Shown: piece by piece, positions 1 through 13,120 of the stretch | Position numbering within the stretch: the stretch's first letter is position 1 | Layout of the letters: each line of letters opens with the position of its first letter | DNA from: Monocercomonoides exilis PA203 | Taxonomy: Eukaryota > Protista > Preaxostyla | Assembly (NCBI GenBank): GCA_001643675.2 | Contig: LSRY02000025.1 | Span: 248,001 to 312,000 of the forward strand | DNA length: 64,000 nucleotides | Reading direction: 5' to 3' | Notes under the pieces: generated by a model | The model's input: only the letters and a program-made list of their open reading frames with translations | The model's database searches: none | What the model was told of the DNA's origin: nothing | Translations under genes and position numbers: made by a program

Positions 1-3000
1 GAGAAAAAAGAAGAAGAAGAGGAGGAGGAGAAGGAGGAGGAGAAGGAGAAGGAGAAAGAAGAAAATGAAAAAGGGAAAGAAAATGAAGAAGAAAGAAGAG
101 AAGAAAGAAGAGAAAGAAGGGGAAGAAGAGGAAGAGAAGAAGGAAATGAAGAAGAATTATACGGCATCATGAAATACTATTTAAAAGCAATGGAAGAAAA
201 AAGCAACTTATCAAATGAGGGATTTTCGTTTTTTGAAGACGAAAATCATGATTATTATGATTATTATGTAAAATCAGAAGATTTTGAAGAAGAAAGAAAG
301 AAAGGAGGAGAAAGAGAAAGAGAAAGAGAAAGAGGAGGAAGAGGAGGAAGAGGAGGAAGAGGAAGAGGAGGAAGAGGAATAGAAGAGAAGGAAAATGAAT
401 ATTTTAATGAAAATTTCTATGAAAACAAGAATTCTAATGAAAATTCAGTGATTTCGTATCCAATTGGATATAAGTCTAATTATCGTGTAGCAGTTTATGG
501 AGAAGAAGAAGAAGAAGAAAATGATGAAGAAAAGGAAGAAGAAGAGAAAAAAATAAAAGAAGAAATAAAAGAAGAAGAAGATGATGAAGATAGAGAAGAA
601 AATGCTAATGAATTTGATAATGATGATGACGACGAAGAAGAAGATTATAGAGGTATTTCATTTGAAATGGAAGAAGAGAAAGAAGAAGAGAAAGAAGAAG
701 AGAAAGAAGAAAAAATGAAAGAAGAAGAAGAAGAAAAGGAAAAAGAAGAAACAGAAGAAGATAGATTCATACAAGCTATCCAAAAAATGTCAATACAAAA
801 TATTCCTTCTTATTCTTCAAATTATAAATCTATTTCTCCGATTTCTCCGTCGCTTGCATGTTCCACTGTGCCTAAACAGGAAGTCTGTGTTAAATCTTCT
901 TTTCCCAATATATTTTCAAGTGATTTAAATGAAAACAAAAATGATGAAAAATTTGATGAAGAAGAATTTTCTAAGAAGTTTGAACGACTTCTATTGAATT
1001 TGCCTATGGGAAGTGAAAATTCAATGGAAAAGGAAGAAAAGAAAGAAAAATTTGAAAATATAGAAAGAAGAGGAAAAGAAGATGAAGAAGAAGAAGAAGG
1101 AAAAGGAAAAGAAAAAGAAAAAGAAGATAATAATGATAATAATGATGGAATAGAGAAAGAGGAAGAAGAAAGAGAAGAAAGAGAAGAAGAGAAAGAGAAA
1201 GAAGAAGAAGAAGAAGAAGAAATAATAAAAGAAGATAAATATGATGATGATGATGACATTGAAGAAGTGAATGGAGATATTGAGAGTGCAAAACTTATTC
1301 AACAACGTTTGATTTCTATTGGAGAAGAAGAAGAAGAAGAAGAAGAAGATGATGATGATGATATTGAAGAATATAAAGAAAGAGAAGGAGAAAAAGAAGG
1401 AGAAGGAGAAAGAGAAGGAGAAAGAGAAAGAGAAGAAGAAGAAGATAATGATGATGAAAAATTGGAAAATGAAGAAGAAAAGAAAATAAAAGGAAAAGAA
1501 GAAGAGAAAGAAGAAAATAAAAAAGAAATGAAAAAACAAGCAAAACAAACAAAAATATCTGAAATTCCATTCATTTCTGAAGAACAACACTCAAAATCAC
1601 CTTCTTCTTTAAATTCTTCAAATGAATTTTCTCTTTCTTCTTCTCTTTCTCTTTCTCTCTCTCTTTCTCAGCCAATATCAAATATTTTGAATAAAGAAGA
1701 AAAAAATAAAGAAGAAGAAAAAGAAAAAGAAAAAAATAAAGATGAAGATGAAGAAAAATTTTCTTCTTCTTCTTCTTCTTCTTCTTCTGCTTCTATTTCA
1801 TCATCATCATCATCATCTTCTTCTTCTTCCTCCTCCTCTTCTTCTTCTATTCTCTTCCCCACCAATAAACGAGTAACATTCCAAATGTCAAATTCTTCTT
1901 CTTCTTCTTCTTCCTCTTCTTCCCCTTCCTCCTCCTCTTCCTCTTCTTCTTCCTCTTCTTCTTCTCATTCTCTTCAATTCAACTCCACTTTTCCTCCACT
2001 TCACTCATCATCATCATCTTCCTCTTCTTCCTCTTCTTCCACTTCAAATTCTTCATTTATTTCTTCTTCTTATCTTCCTCCTTCTTCTTCCTTTCCTTCT
2101 CCTCCTTCCACGCCTCCTAATAATTATTCCTCCCCTCCTTCTTTTTCCTCTTCCTCTTCTCCTCTTTCTTCCTCTTTCTCTCCTTTCTCTTCTTCTTCTT
2201 CTCCTCTTTCTTCTTCTCCTCTTTCTTCTTCCTCTTCCTCTTCCTCTTTCATTCATTCACCAACACATAAATCATCAAACTCATTTCATTCTTCTCATTC
2301 ACATCGCACTTCAAGAATATTAATCGAACCTTCTTCTTCTTCTAATTCTTCCTCTTCTTCCTCTTCCTCTTCTTCCTCTTCTCCTTTTTCTCCTTCTTCT
2401 TCCTCTTCCCCTTCCTCTTCTTCATCCACCTCCTCTTTCTCTCCTTCTTCTCCTTTTCCTTCTTCTTCTTCTTCTTCTTCTCCACTCACTTCTCATCCAA
2501 TTCTTCCTTTCCCCTTCGATGTTTGTGCTTCTCCTCCCCCTTCTTCCTTCTCTTCTCATTCTCCTTCTCCTCCTCCTCCTCTTTCTCTTCCTCTCCCTCT
2601 TCATCTTCCTCTTCATCCTTCTCTTTCTTCTTCTTCTTCTTCTTCTTCTTCTTCTCTTCCTTCTGATCTCATCACACAAACAACTTCTTCTTCTTCTTCC
2701 TCTTCTTCTCTTTCTCCTCTTCCTCTTTCTTCTTCTCCTTCTCCTTCTCCTCTTTCTCCTCTCTCTCTCTCTTCTTCCCCCAAAACACTTTTCAATTCAT
2801 TCAATTCATTTTCTCCAATAACACATCACAATAGAAATCTTTCTTCTTCTTCCTCTTCTTCCTCTTCTTCCTCTTCTTCCTCTTCTTCCTCTTCTTCCTC
2901 TTCTTCCTCTTCTTCCTCTTCTTCCTCTTCTTCCTCTTCCTCTTCCTCTTCTTTCTCTTCCTCCTCCTCTTCTTCTTCTTCAAATTCTTCCTCCTCCTCT

Positions 3001-3529
3001 TCCTCCTCCTCCCTTTCCCCCTTTTCCTCTTCTTCTTTATCTCCTTCTCCTTCTTCCTCTTCTCTTTCTTCCTTCAACAACATGCCAAATCTTTCGCCTT
3101 TTCTCAATGTTCATTCTTGTTCTCCAGCTAATGTTACATATATACCTTCTTCTTCTGCAACCTCTTCTTCTTCTTCTTCTTCTTCTTCTTCTTCTTCTTC
3201 TTCTTCTTCCTCCTCCTCCTCCTCCTCCTCCTCCTCCTCCTTGTTTCCTTCCATTTCATCATCATCTTCCTCTTCCTCTTCTTCCTCATCTCCTTCTCTT
3301 TTCCATTCCTCTTCCATTTCGTCTTCCTCTTCATCTTCTTCCTCCTCTTCCTTCTCTTCTTCCTCTTCCTCCTCTTCTTCCTCCTCTTCTTCTTCCTCTT
3401 CTTCTCCTCTCACTCCTGTCATCTCCTTCAGTCGTTCTGGCGCACTCGCCTTTACTCCTTCCACCACTCGCTCTTCCATCCCTTATCCCCCTCTTCCTCT
3501 TCAGCATATGAATCTTAATTGTTCCAATG

Positions 3530-3563
<34 letters not shown>

Positions 3564-4152
3564 CTCTTTCACATCACCATCATCATCATCTTCCTCCTCC
3601 TCTTCTCCTCCTTCTCTTTCTTTTAATTCTTCCTCTTCCTCTTCCTCTTCCTCTTCTTCTTCTTCTCCTTCATCATCAATTGCCACAACCCCTCACACTC
3701 GTTTCAGTTCACCAAATCCTCAATTCATTTTCTCTTCTCCTTCTTCCTCCTCCTTTTCTCCTTCTCTATTTCGTTCTTCTTCTTCCTCTTCTTCCTCTTC
3801 TTCCTCTTCCATTCCATCATCATCATCATCATCTTCTTCTTCTTCCTCCTCCTCCTCTTCTTCTCTTCCTCTTGTTATTTCTCCTCATCCTTCTCCTTCT
3901 TCTGTCAGATGTCCTCTTCCTCCAGCCCCCAAATATATTCTCCCTTCTTCTTCTCCTTCTTCTCTGTTGAACAATACTCTTGCTCTTTCTTCTTCTTCTT
4001 CTTCTTCTTCTTCTTCTTCTTCTTCTTCTTCTTCTTCTTCTTCAACTTCTTCCTCTTCTCCTCATGTTTCTTCTCCAAACTCATCATCATCATCTTCTTC
4101 TTCCTCCTCTTCTTCTTCCTCCTCTTATTCTTCCTCTTCCTCCTCTTCTTCC

Positions 4153-4187
<35 letters not shown>

Positions 4188-4599
4188 CTCCTCCTCCCCC
4201 TCTTCTTCTTCTCCTTCTTCTCCTTCTTCCTTCTCTTCTTTCCCAATCATTTCTCATTCATCTCCTTTACATCCACGTATCATTCCTGAACATCATTCTC
4301 CTCTTTTATCTTCTTCTTCTTCCCAAAATTCTTCTCCTCCTCCTCCTATTTCTTCTTCTTCAATTCATTCTTCTTCTTCTTCTTCTACAAATAATTCTTC
4401 TTCACTCCCTTCTTCTTCTTCCTCCCCCTCTTCTTCTTCTTCTCAATCACCTTCTTCTTCTTCTCTCTTTGGCTTTCCTTGTATGCCTCTCTCTACAATA
4501 AGCAATTCTTCATTCGTTTCTTCAGAAAACATTGAAAATGAAGAAAAAGAAGGAAAAGAAGGAAAAGAAGGAAAAGAAGGAAAAGAAGGAAACAATTGA
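1..4599 (+). CDS. Large low-complexity protein, 5'-partial: acidic Glu/Asp/Lys-rich N-half with an RGG patch, Ser/Pro-rich C-half
   Basis: Frame is open from base 1 through ORF 169..4599 (TGA stop). Unique non-repetitive islands stay in frame across 4.6 kb. No recognisable domain. Confidence 0.7.
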
Positions 4600-5454
4600 T
4601 TTTATAATAAATAAATAAATAAATAATAATAATGAAGAAAATGAAGCAAAACAATGAAGATATTTTTTTAATGAAAAGAATAAATGAGTTCAATAATTAT
4701 TTATTTTTTTGTAAGATGTTGGTAAAAAATGCGTTTGGAAGCTCTTCTTCTTTGCTTGTTTGATTCCTTTTCCTCTTCTTCCTCTTCTTCCTCTTTTTCC
4801 TCTTCTTCCTCTTCTTCCTTTCCCTCCTCATCATTATTTTCTTCTTCATATTCATCATCATCATCATCTTCAAATTCTTCTTCTTCTTTTGACAATACTG
4901 CTGCTCTTAATGCTTGTCAATAAGACAATTAGAAGATTTCTATTTCATTGATGTTAACTTGATGCATTTAGCTCAAAGAAAAAATGTTTCGAATTATTAT
5001 TATTATTATTATTATCATTTATTTTTTTCACTTGAATGAATTTTTTAGATATTAATTGTATTTATTTTTAGTAGTTAAGAAAAAATTTTTTAAAAAGAAA
5101 ATAATTGTTTTAAGGATTTAAATAGTTTTTATCATCTCAAAAGCAATTTTTTGCTTGTGTTGATTGAAGTAGTTTTTAACTTTATTTTCTTTTCAAAGCT
5201 ATCTATTTATTTTTTGTGAAAAATTAATGCTATTAACAACTTTTAATTTGGAGTAATAGCAATTGTTTTTCTCGTCTTTTTAATCATTTTCTTTTTCAAC
5301 AGACATTTTGTTAATGAGTTTGGAAAAGAAATTTATTTATTATTATTTTTTCACATAAAGAAATAAAAATCCTTTTAAATAAAAAATCATTTTTATATGA
5401 TTTGTATAATTTTTTTCTAATTATTCATTGAAACACTTTATCAATGCATTTCTG

Positions 5455-6882
5455 ATGGATACAATTTTTTCTCTAAAAACCAATGTTGAAACTCTTTCAA
5501 TAAAATGTTTGCTGCAAGCTTGTTTCCGATTTTATTTCACTGAATCGTTTTTTATATTGATTTAGCACCAAATTCATCTTTTTCAAATAAAGACATTTGT
5601 TTATTGATAAGAAGTTATACATTCGAAAGAGCATTATTTATTTATCTGCCTGAGGCAAATGGTTTGCTGTGTGCAATTACAGTTAAATGCGCAACGAGAT
5701 ATGGTCACTTTCTATCAATTTATGGTGAAAATAACCAAATTACATTAACGCTGCCCTCACTTTCAGAAGATAAATGTTTGCCATATTTATGTGAAATGAA
5801 ATTTATTTATTTAATTTGCACGTAATTCCATTCTGTATCAAAATTAAATGAATAGTTATAAATCTGCTTGAATCGTTGCAACCAACTTTTTCTCCATTTT
5901 TAGGAATAAGTGTTTCATTAAGCAATCAAAGTCCAGCTTCTCCTTTCAGTTCTGTTTCTGCAGGGCAATTGTTTGATAAGAGTCTCAGCTTATCTCCATC
6001 AGAAAGTTCGCAAAGCAAGTTGATAGAACCACCAAGTTACACATCTCCTTTTTCATACCGCATCGAACTAAACGATCTTCAAAAACAGTTTTTCGAACTT
6101 CCAGAATTGTCTCAATATTCCAAGCAATGCGTATCAAACAACGGACAAAGCGAAAATTCAAATCAAATTGAAAAATGCATGTCAGATATTTCATCTTCCA
6201 TCAGTTCTTTTGAGCGAACTTTGTCTTCTTATCCAAAAAGTCTTCATGATTTTGTGTTTCAACAAGGCTACGAATGGTTTTCCTGCTCTGTAGAGTTAGT
6301 GGAAACGTTGAATGAATGTTTAAATTCAGAAAACGAATTAATGAGGCTTTTCTATGAGAAAAATGAGGAATATAAAACCGAGAAGATATTTGAAGAAATG
6401 AATGAAATGATTGAACAGGCAAATTCTCAGCCATTTTCAGTGATTCAGCTTAGAGAGCAACAATTGCATTTTGATGGTGAAGGAGAAGAACTATCAGAAG
6501 GAAGTTCATTTGCATCTGTATCTTCTTCTTCTTCCTCTTCTTCTTCATCTTCATCTTCTTCCTCTTCCTCTTCGTCTTCATCTCCATCTTCTTGCCCTCC
6601 TTTATCTCCTTTATCATCATCCCCTTCTTCGTCTTCATCTTTATCAACTTCAACTTCATCCAATTCTTTGCCTTCATCCTCAAATACAAACGCTTCAAAG
6701 GGTGAATTTATTTCAACAATTTCATATTTAATAAACAAAATTTCTTCACTTTCATCTTTTTCTCCTTCTTCAATAAAGAAAGCATGCTCATTTCTTTCTT
6801 CTCGTTTCCCTCAAAAGATTCAATTGTATTTGGCTTCAGCAAATGATGTTTCATCTTCATCGTCATTTTCATCATCTTATTT

Positions 6883-6981
<99 letters not shown>

Positions 6982-8218
6982 TTCATCTTCATCTTCATCT
7001 TCATCTTCATCTTCATCTTCATCTTCATCTTCATCTTCATCATCTTCTTCTTCCTCTTCCTCTTCTCATTCTTCTTCTTCCTCTCTTCTCTTCTCCTCTT
7101 CCTTCCCCAAGAAATGCCCTCTTTGCCATTCAACTGTCTATTCCGAATATCTGAACCATCTTTCCTATTGCGCGCATAACAATTGGCTAATCACTGAAAA
7201 AGATAGCAGAAAATATCGTTGTTTAGAAGAGGAAATGATGAAAAAGATGAATTTATCCCCTTTTTACTCCTTTTCTCATTCAGAATTGGAAACGAAAAGA
7301 AGAAGAAATGAAAATTGTGATGTTTTGTCGTCTTTACATAGAAGTTCCTATCAAAATTCATATTTGACATCTTTTTCACAGAGCAATTCTCTTTCTCCTT
7401 CTCCTTCTTCCTCTTCCTCCTCCTCCTCTTCTTCTTCCCTTCACCCTCGCAATGCTGTGAGTGTGATGGAATGCATTCTTCTCCGTCGAATGAGAGAGGA
7501 AGAAGAAGAAAAGGAAGAAGAAGAAGAAAGGAGAAAAGCGAAAATGAATAAAATAAGCAGAATTGTTGACGAAAGTATGATAGTTGTGTGGGTTGAGGCA
7601 CTTATTGAAAGGAGTAATGAGAAGAAAGAGGAAATTATTGAAGATTTGGTGAGAAGAGCGAAGGGAAGAAAGGAGAGGAGAGAAAGAGGAATAAAAGAAT
7701 GGATGATGATGATGATGATGATGATGAATAAGAAGAAAAGAAAGAAAGAAGAAGAAGAAGAAGAGAAAGAGAAAGAAAGAGAAAAAGAAAGAGAAAAAGA
7801 AAGAGAAAAAGAAATAATGATTGAAAAGCGAAGAATAAAAGATAAAGAAGAACGCAAAATTTTGACTGAAAAAACAGCTAAGTTGTTTGACGATAAATTT
7901 AAAGAATTCAATAAAAGCGAAAAAAATGCCTTTGAAACAAAAAAGAAGATGGAAAATTGTCAACCTCTTTCTATGGTTAATAAAAGAGGAAAAAATAAAT
8001 ATTCAGATGGGATTTCCTCATCAAGCAATAAGAAACACTCAAATGATAAAAAATCGAAGAAATTTTCGTTTTATCAAAAAGCAAATTATTGCAAATCAAT
8101 CAAAATAAAAAGTTTCTTTTCAAATTTTAGAACATTTTTTGTTCAAAAACAAATATTTCTTTATTTTGGAATTATTTTGTTTTGTTTTGTTTTATTATTA
8201 TTAAATTTTGCAAAATAG
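5455..8218 (+). CDS. Spliced hypothetical protein with poly-Ser tracts, a UBZ-like CxxC..HxxxC zinc finger, a charged coiled coil and a possible C-terminal TM anchor
   Basis: Exons 5455-5506, 5566-5775 and 5856-8218 join in phase through GTTTGC..AG introns (5507-5565, 5776-5855). Motif CPLCHSTVYSEYLNHLSYC at 7115-7171. Hydrophobic tail IFLYFGIILFCFVLLLL. Confidence 0.7.
6885..7045 (+). repeat. (TCA)n/(TCTTCA)n microsatellite encoding poly-Ser
   Basis: Tandem trinucleotide/hexanucleotide run visible in the sequence. Confidence 0.9.
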
Positions 8219-8418
8219 GCAATGTTTGATTTTTATTAAATGATTTTTTCTTTACAGTTCAGAAACATTAATCTTAATTAAACAAATAAAAAGATCATTC
8301 ATGCTGCATTATAAAATTTGTTGTGTGATATTTGTTGTGTGCTCATTTCTATTAACAAAATTATCCACTAATTCGGAGATTTTAAAAAACAATATATTTC
8401 TTAGGAAATAAAATTAAC

Positions 8419-9503
8419 ATGCAACAAATTTATCGTGGCTTCAGTTTGTGAAAATGTTCAATTTTTTAATAATTCATTTTTGAATTTGTCCACAAGGAAA
8501 TGCTCCTGTTAGCAGATGCATTTGTCTAGCTACAATTATTTATTTTGTTGGGAAAATGTATTCAGCTTCGTATTATCTTGCTGAAGCACAAATTCCTTTT
8601 TTCATTTTTTTAATGAGAATTTACTCAGGTATGATAAAATAAAAAAAATTTTTTTAAAGTACTCATGAATGCATAAAAAGTTTTCTTATATTTCTTAAAT
8701 ATTATTGCTTTGGAAAGAAGATTTGGTTCAAGTAGAATTCTGATTCTAATTATATTATCAACTATTTCTGAAATTTTGATTCAAATTATGATTCCAAGCC
8801 ATGAAGCCCAGCAATGTTTTTCTTATTGGCAGTTTGTGCAGTTCTTTTTAAAATTTTAAATTGATAAATTGTAATTTTTATCTCATAGTCTGTCTTTCAC
8901 TTTGCCATGCGCCATTCTGGCAATGACAAGAATCCCTCTTATCACAATAAAATCACATAAAGGAATTCCTTACATAAGCCACCTAACTGCACTTTTAACA
9001 ATTTCATCAGTTTGTCATATAATCTTATTCAAATTTCCTGTTCTCAGAAACAAATTGTTACATTCACTTTATCACAACTCCATTTTATTTTTATTCAAAT
9101 TGAAAATAATTGAATCTTTTTTTTGTATTGCATTTGTTCATTGTCTCTCTTTTGTATAGTATATTAATCCATTTCCACAACACTGGCAAGCATTTTGCGC
9201 GCGTGCTATTGCGGGAATTTTTGTTATTCCTTTTCTTACAATGTCAATTCGTCCTCCATCAAACTTGGTTCTGAAGATGGAAAGATGGTTTCTGTGGATG
9301 AACAGTGACACTGGGAGAAGGAATTACTTGAAGAATTGGAAAGCTGTTCCGAAAGAGAATAATATCGCGCAGAGGGAAGACGATTCACAATTTTCTGAGC
9401 ATGATCAAGGAAGCAACAATGGTAATATGCAAGTGGCTGGAGGAAATGATGAACAAACAAAGAAACGAATGCTCTCTCGTTCACACAATCACTTCACTTC
9501 ATA

Positions 9504-9542
<39 letters not shown>

Positions 9543-9897
9543 TGTCATTGCATCTCATCTCCAGAGTAAACATCCAAATGAAGATGAAAATGAAAGACCC
9601 AATGGTAAACATGTATCTTTAAACAAGCCAAGCAATTCTTCATCTCATAGAACAGAAAAGAATTCTTTATTGTCGTTGCTTGATGAAAATGTGATGAACT
9701 CTCTTTTCGCCGAAAAGGCTCAGTCAAGCAACTACAATTCGACCGCCCAGCAGAAAAATTCAGCTGATAAAGCAAAAGTGATTCAAGAATTGGCAGAAGC
9801 GTTTGGTCTTCCGGCGAGCTTGGTGGAGAGCGTGCTGAAGAAAGAACATTGGAACAAGGAAAATGCTGTCGAACGACTTTTGGAATTTACGCAATAA
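8419..9897 (+). CDS. UBAC2: UBAC2/Dsc2-like rhomboid-family pseudoprotease with C-terminal UBA domain (~388 aa, 5 exons)
   Basis: Exons 8419-8443, 8497-8628, 8681-8831, 8889-9009 and 9160-9897 splice in frame (1167 nt). The product begins MQQIYRGFRNAPVSR, contains FLNIIALERRFGSSR (cf. the UBAC2-family GxxxAPxxK and FERRxGSxK motifs) and hydrophobic segments, and ends in UBA-like LAEAFGLPASLVESVLKKEHWNKENAVERLL. Confidence 0.75.
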
Positions 9898-10319
9898 TTT
9901 TCTGACAAAAAAAGAAAGGATAAATTGTTTGGCTTTTTTTTTTTTTAAAAGTCATTTTATTACAAAATTCAGCAATGTTTACGATTTGTTTTCTTGAATG
10001 CCTTCTGTCAATTGGAAAGCTTATTTTTTATCAGGAAGAATCATTGATACTCATCTCATGCATTTTATGTGCTTTATTTGCGTAAAGAAATGCTTTCATA
10101 ATGCTATTTTCAATCCATCTTTTGTTACTCAAACTGAAATAGCGTAGAAATTAATTTTTGAAGTAGAATTTTTATTTCATTCATTTCATCAATTTGTTAA
10201 TGCGTTTAAAATAATTGAAACCTTTTTTTTTCCTTTTGTTATAAATGACTTCCACTTTTTTCATGCAAATGACGTGTGAAAAATGGTTAACATTGAGTGT
10301 TTTGTTGGTGCTGTTTCTC

Positions 10320-10960
10320 ATTTGCTTTGAAGCAAAAGCGGAATCAGAAATAGAAATTCGCAGCCTTCCATGTCTGTCTTGCGCTGTCCGAGAAACAGGA
10401 AAGCCTTATAAATAAAATCGATATTTTGGGGTTCTCCTTTTTTCCATTGAATTCTTGCCTGTTTTAAAGTGATTAATATCCTTCCCTCGATATCGCCTGC
10501 CACTTTCCTCGACAAAAAAGCTTCTCCTTTGCCTTATGCTCCAAAATGCTATATAATTCTGTGCAGATTTTGCCCTTCACTGAATTCCTTCCTTATATCG
10601 ACATTCAATAAAACATCATTTGAATTTGTTTTCATCTCTTGTTCCAAATAAAAATCATGCATCTTGCGCAACTTCATTTATTTCCTAATTGCTATATAAT
10701 AATCTGCTCCATTCTCATCGTATTGCTCCACAAAGCGGAGATTGGCCATTTCAACAATAACTCATATTCCTGCACTTTGGAGAGGATACGGATGGAAATA
10801 TCTTCACAACATATAGAACAATAAAAATTACATACATTATGTCTTTTTGCGTTATTGATGAAATTGTTGTATTCCCCTTGGCCATCCAATCTCCAATAAT
10901 CATCAGATTGAATTTCAAAATCAACTTATCATCATCATTCCTGTTGTCTCCACAGGAAAT
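10320..10960 (-). pseudogene. Degenerate coding remnant (family B), head-to-head with the family-A gene
   Basis: Stop-interrupted frame VIVEMANLRFVEQYDENGAD...; homologous DNA at 35590-35740 (+) reads GIVEMTNLLISEQDDENRAD. Confidence 0.45.
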
Positions 10961-11262
10961 AATATTTCAAGTTCTATAGATAATGTTCGCTTACTGTTCT
11001 ATCATTATATGGATAATTATTCCAGTTAAAAGATAATTATTTGATCATAGAATCCATAACAAATAAATATTAATTATGAATCGTTATTTTCACCACAGTT
11101 GCTTTTGAAAAATGTCAACAAAAGAAAGAATGTATAAACACACATATTTTTCTATTGCTATTTTGGGATAAAATTTCTGAAACTTTCTTCTATCTAAACA
11201 TTTGTTCATTCAACGTGAATGACGAAATTTTGTTGTTTTCTGTTTTCAACACATTTTCAAAA

Positions 11263-12732
11263 ATGCGGGAGACAGGAATCATGGAGAAGTTCACTGGTTT
11301 GTGCATATTATTTCACTTGAATTATTCGTAATCTCATTTCTTTCCTTTATTTGGTGTTTTCAGAATTATTTGATGAACTGGAACATTGCGATGAGGAAGA
11401 ACAGAAACAGAAAATCGAAGAAATGAATGTATTGATGGACGAGATGAACAAAGATGAAATTTATTTTGCTTTTCCAAAGGAACGGCGCAATAAAGTTAAC
11501 GAAATGATTGAAAAAAAGAAATTTTCGATAGAAAACACCATTTTCATGTTGAAGCACTTTGTATATTGCAAGGCCCTGAAAGTTAATCCATGCCTTTTTG
11601 GTTGCTTTTCTTCCTTGAACAAAAGATTGGAAAAGATGATTATTGATGAAGATGAGAAGAAAAAAGAAGAAAGAAACGAAAAGCTTTTGACTGATCTCTG
11701 CGAATGCTATGTGATTCTTGTAGATGGTCACATTGGAGGTGAAATGCTATCCATTTGTGTTCCTTGCCTTTTGAAAGTGGCATTGAAAAAGGAGGAAAAC
11801 GAGGAGATTCAAAAAGATGTGGAAATGGCTTTGCTGACTTTGAGCTATGCTGGATGTGGCGTGTGTGTTGTTGTGTTTGCTTTTTGATATTGTTGCTTCT
11901 TTCTTGTTATTTTTTATGTCAGAAAGTTAAACGAAGTTTATATTTAAAGGAGATTACAGAAATCATTCAACATCACCGGGAACATCACAATCTGAAGCGA
12001 AATGAGTATCTATCTGCTTGGCAGTTTTTGATAAGCAGATTTCTCAATGATAGAAGATTGGAAAGAATGATTGTGGATGAGCTGCATTTTGTGAGAGAAG
12101 CAACAAGAGAATTGGAAGAGCTATCGAAAAGCGTGAATTGGAATAGAAAAGGAAAAGAAGAGGATGAAACGATCACTTTGGAAAGATGGCTCCACACATT
12201 GAATTCTTTTGCGATATATGGCCAAATCCAGGACGAAAAATACTCCAAGCTGACAACGCTTATCATTGATATGTGCATAACATCTAAGTTCAATTATAGA
12301 AATGTCCACGTGTGCTGCTTGTTTCTTTTTGTGAACGTTATTTTGAGAAAAGCAGAATCTGATGATTGTGTGTTGCGCGAAGAGGCTGTCGATTTCATTT
12401 TGGAGGAAATGCATCAGCCAACAATTCTTTATAGTGTGATGGAGTATTATGCACATATTTTTTGTGATCTTTCGAGAATATTGAACGGAAAAAAGGAAAA
12501 GAAAAATAGCTTGATTTCGTTTATTTGGTTTGCTTGGAGCTGGCTGAAAGGAAAGGCGAAAGAGGAAAATGAAAAAGAAAAGCAGAAAGTGATGCTGTAT
12601 CGAAAGTTGCGCGAAAAGATGGAAGAAGAAGGATATGAAGATATTGTTGTCAGTTTATATGAACGAATTTTTTATTTTGCAAGAAGATTTGGCGTATCAA
12701 AAGATCTCAACGATTATTTTGTTAATAATTGA
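11263..12732 (+). CDS. Expanded helical hypothetical family A, copy 1 (3 exons)
   Basis: Exon 1 MRETGIMEKFT, intron 11297-11363, then ORFs 11351 and 11755 joined by a second intron. Family motifs EQKQKIEEMN, LLxDLCECY, CVPCLLKVALKKEENEE, HQEHHNL..AYQSAW, EKMEEEGYED, DYFVN. Confidence 0.8.
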
Positions 12733-12789
12733 GAATCATAAATTTATAGCAGGAAAGAAATTAATTTCGCAATCTTTTTAACTGCATTC

Positions 12790-13120
12790 TTCTCCTTCTT
12801 CTTCCTCTTCCACTTCTTCTTCTTTTTCTCCTCTTTCCAGTTACACCTTCCCCATGAATAGGCGTTCTGCACGCAACTTTGATCACATCTTTGAAGAGAT
12901 GCTTATCTCTCTCATTGTCTTCATGAGCAAGCACCCAGGCAGACCTCTCTTCAATATCGATGAATGGGCACTGGTTGCAAAATGAGCAGAAGGAAAGCAA
13001 AAAATCCATTGGCATCAGCTGAGCTGTATTTCACAGCAGACAAATGTGTGCAGCCGGCTGATGTTTTGTGATCAGCAGCAGAGAGTTGGATTCTTCGTAT
13101 GTTTGAGAGAGAAGACATTC
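12790..13120. repeat. Dispersed ~330-bp repeat X (direct copy at ~42395-42714)
   Basis: High identity, e.g. ccatgaataggcgttctgcacgcaactttgatcacatctttgaagagatgcttatc occurs in both copies. Confidence 0.85.

Noticed and set aside
822-4501. Many antisense and alternate-frame ORFs (poly-Leu/Phe/Arg/Glu)
   Set aside because: By-products of GAA/TCT repeats, which lack stops in the other frames.
4729-4923. Extra Ser-rich exon of the first gene
   Set aside because: No convincing donor site before the TGA at 4599; low complexity only.
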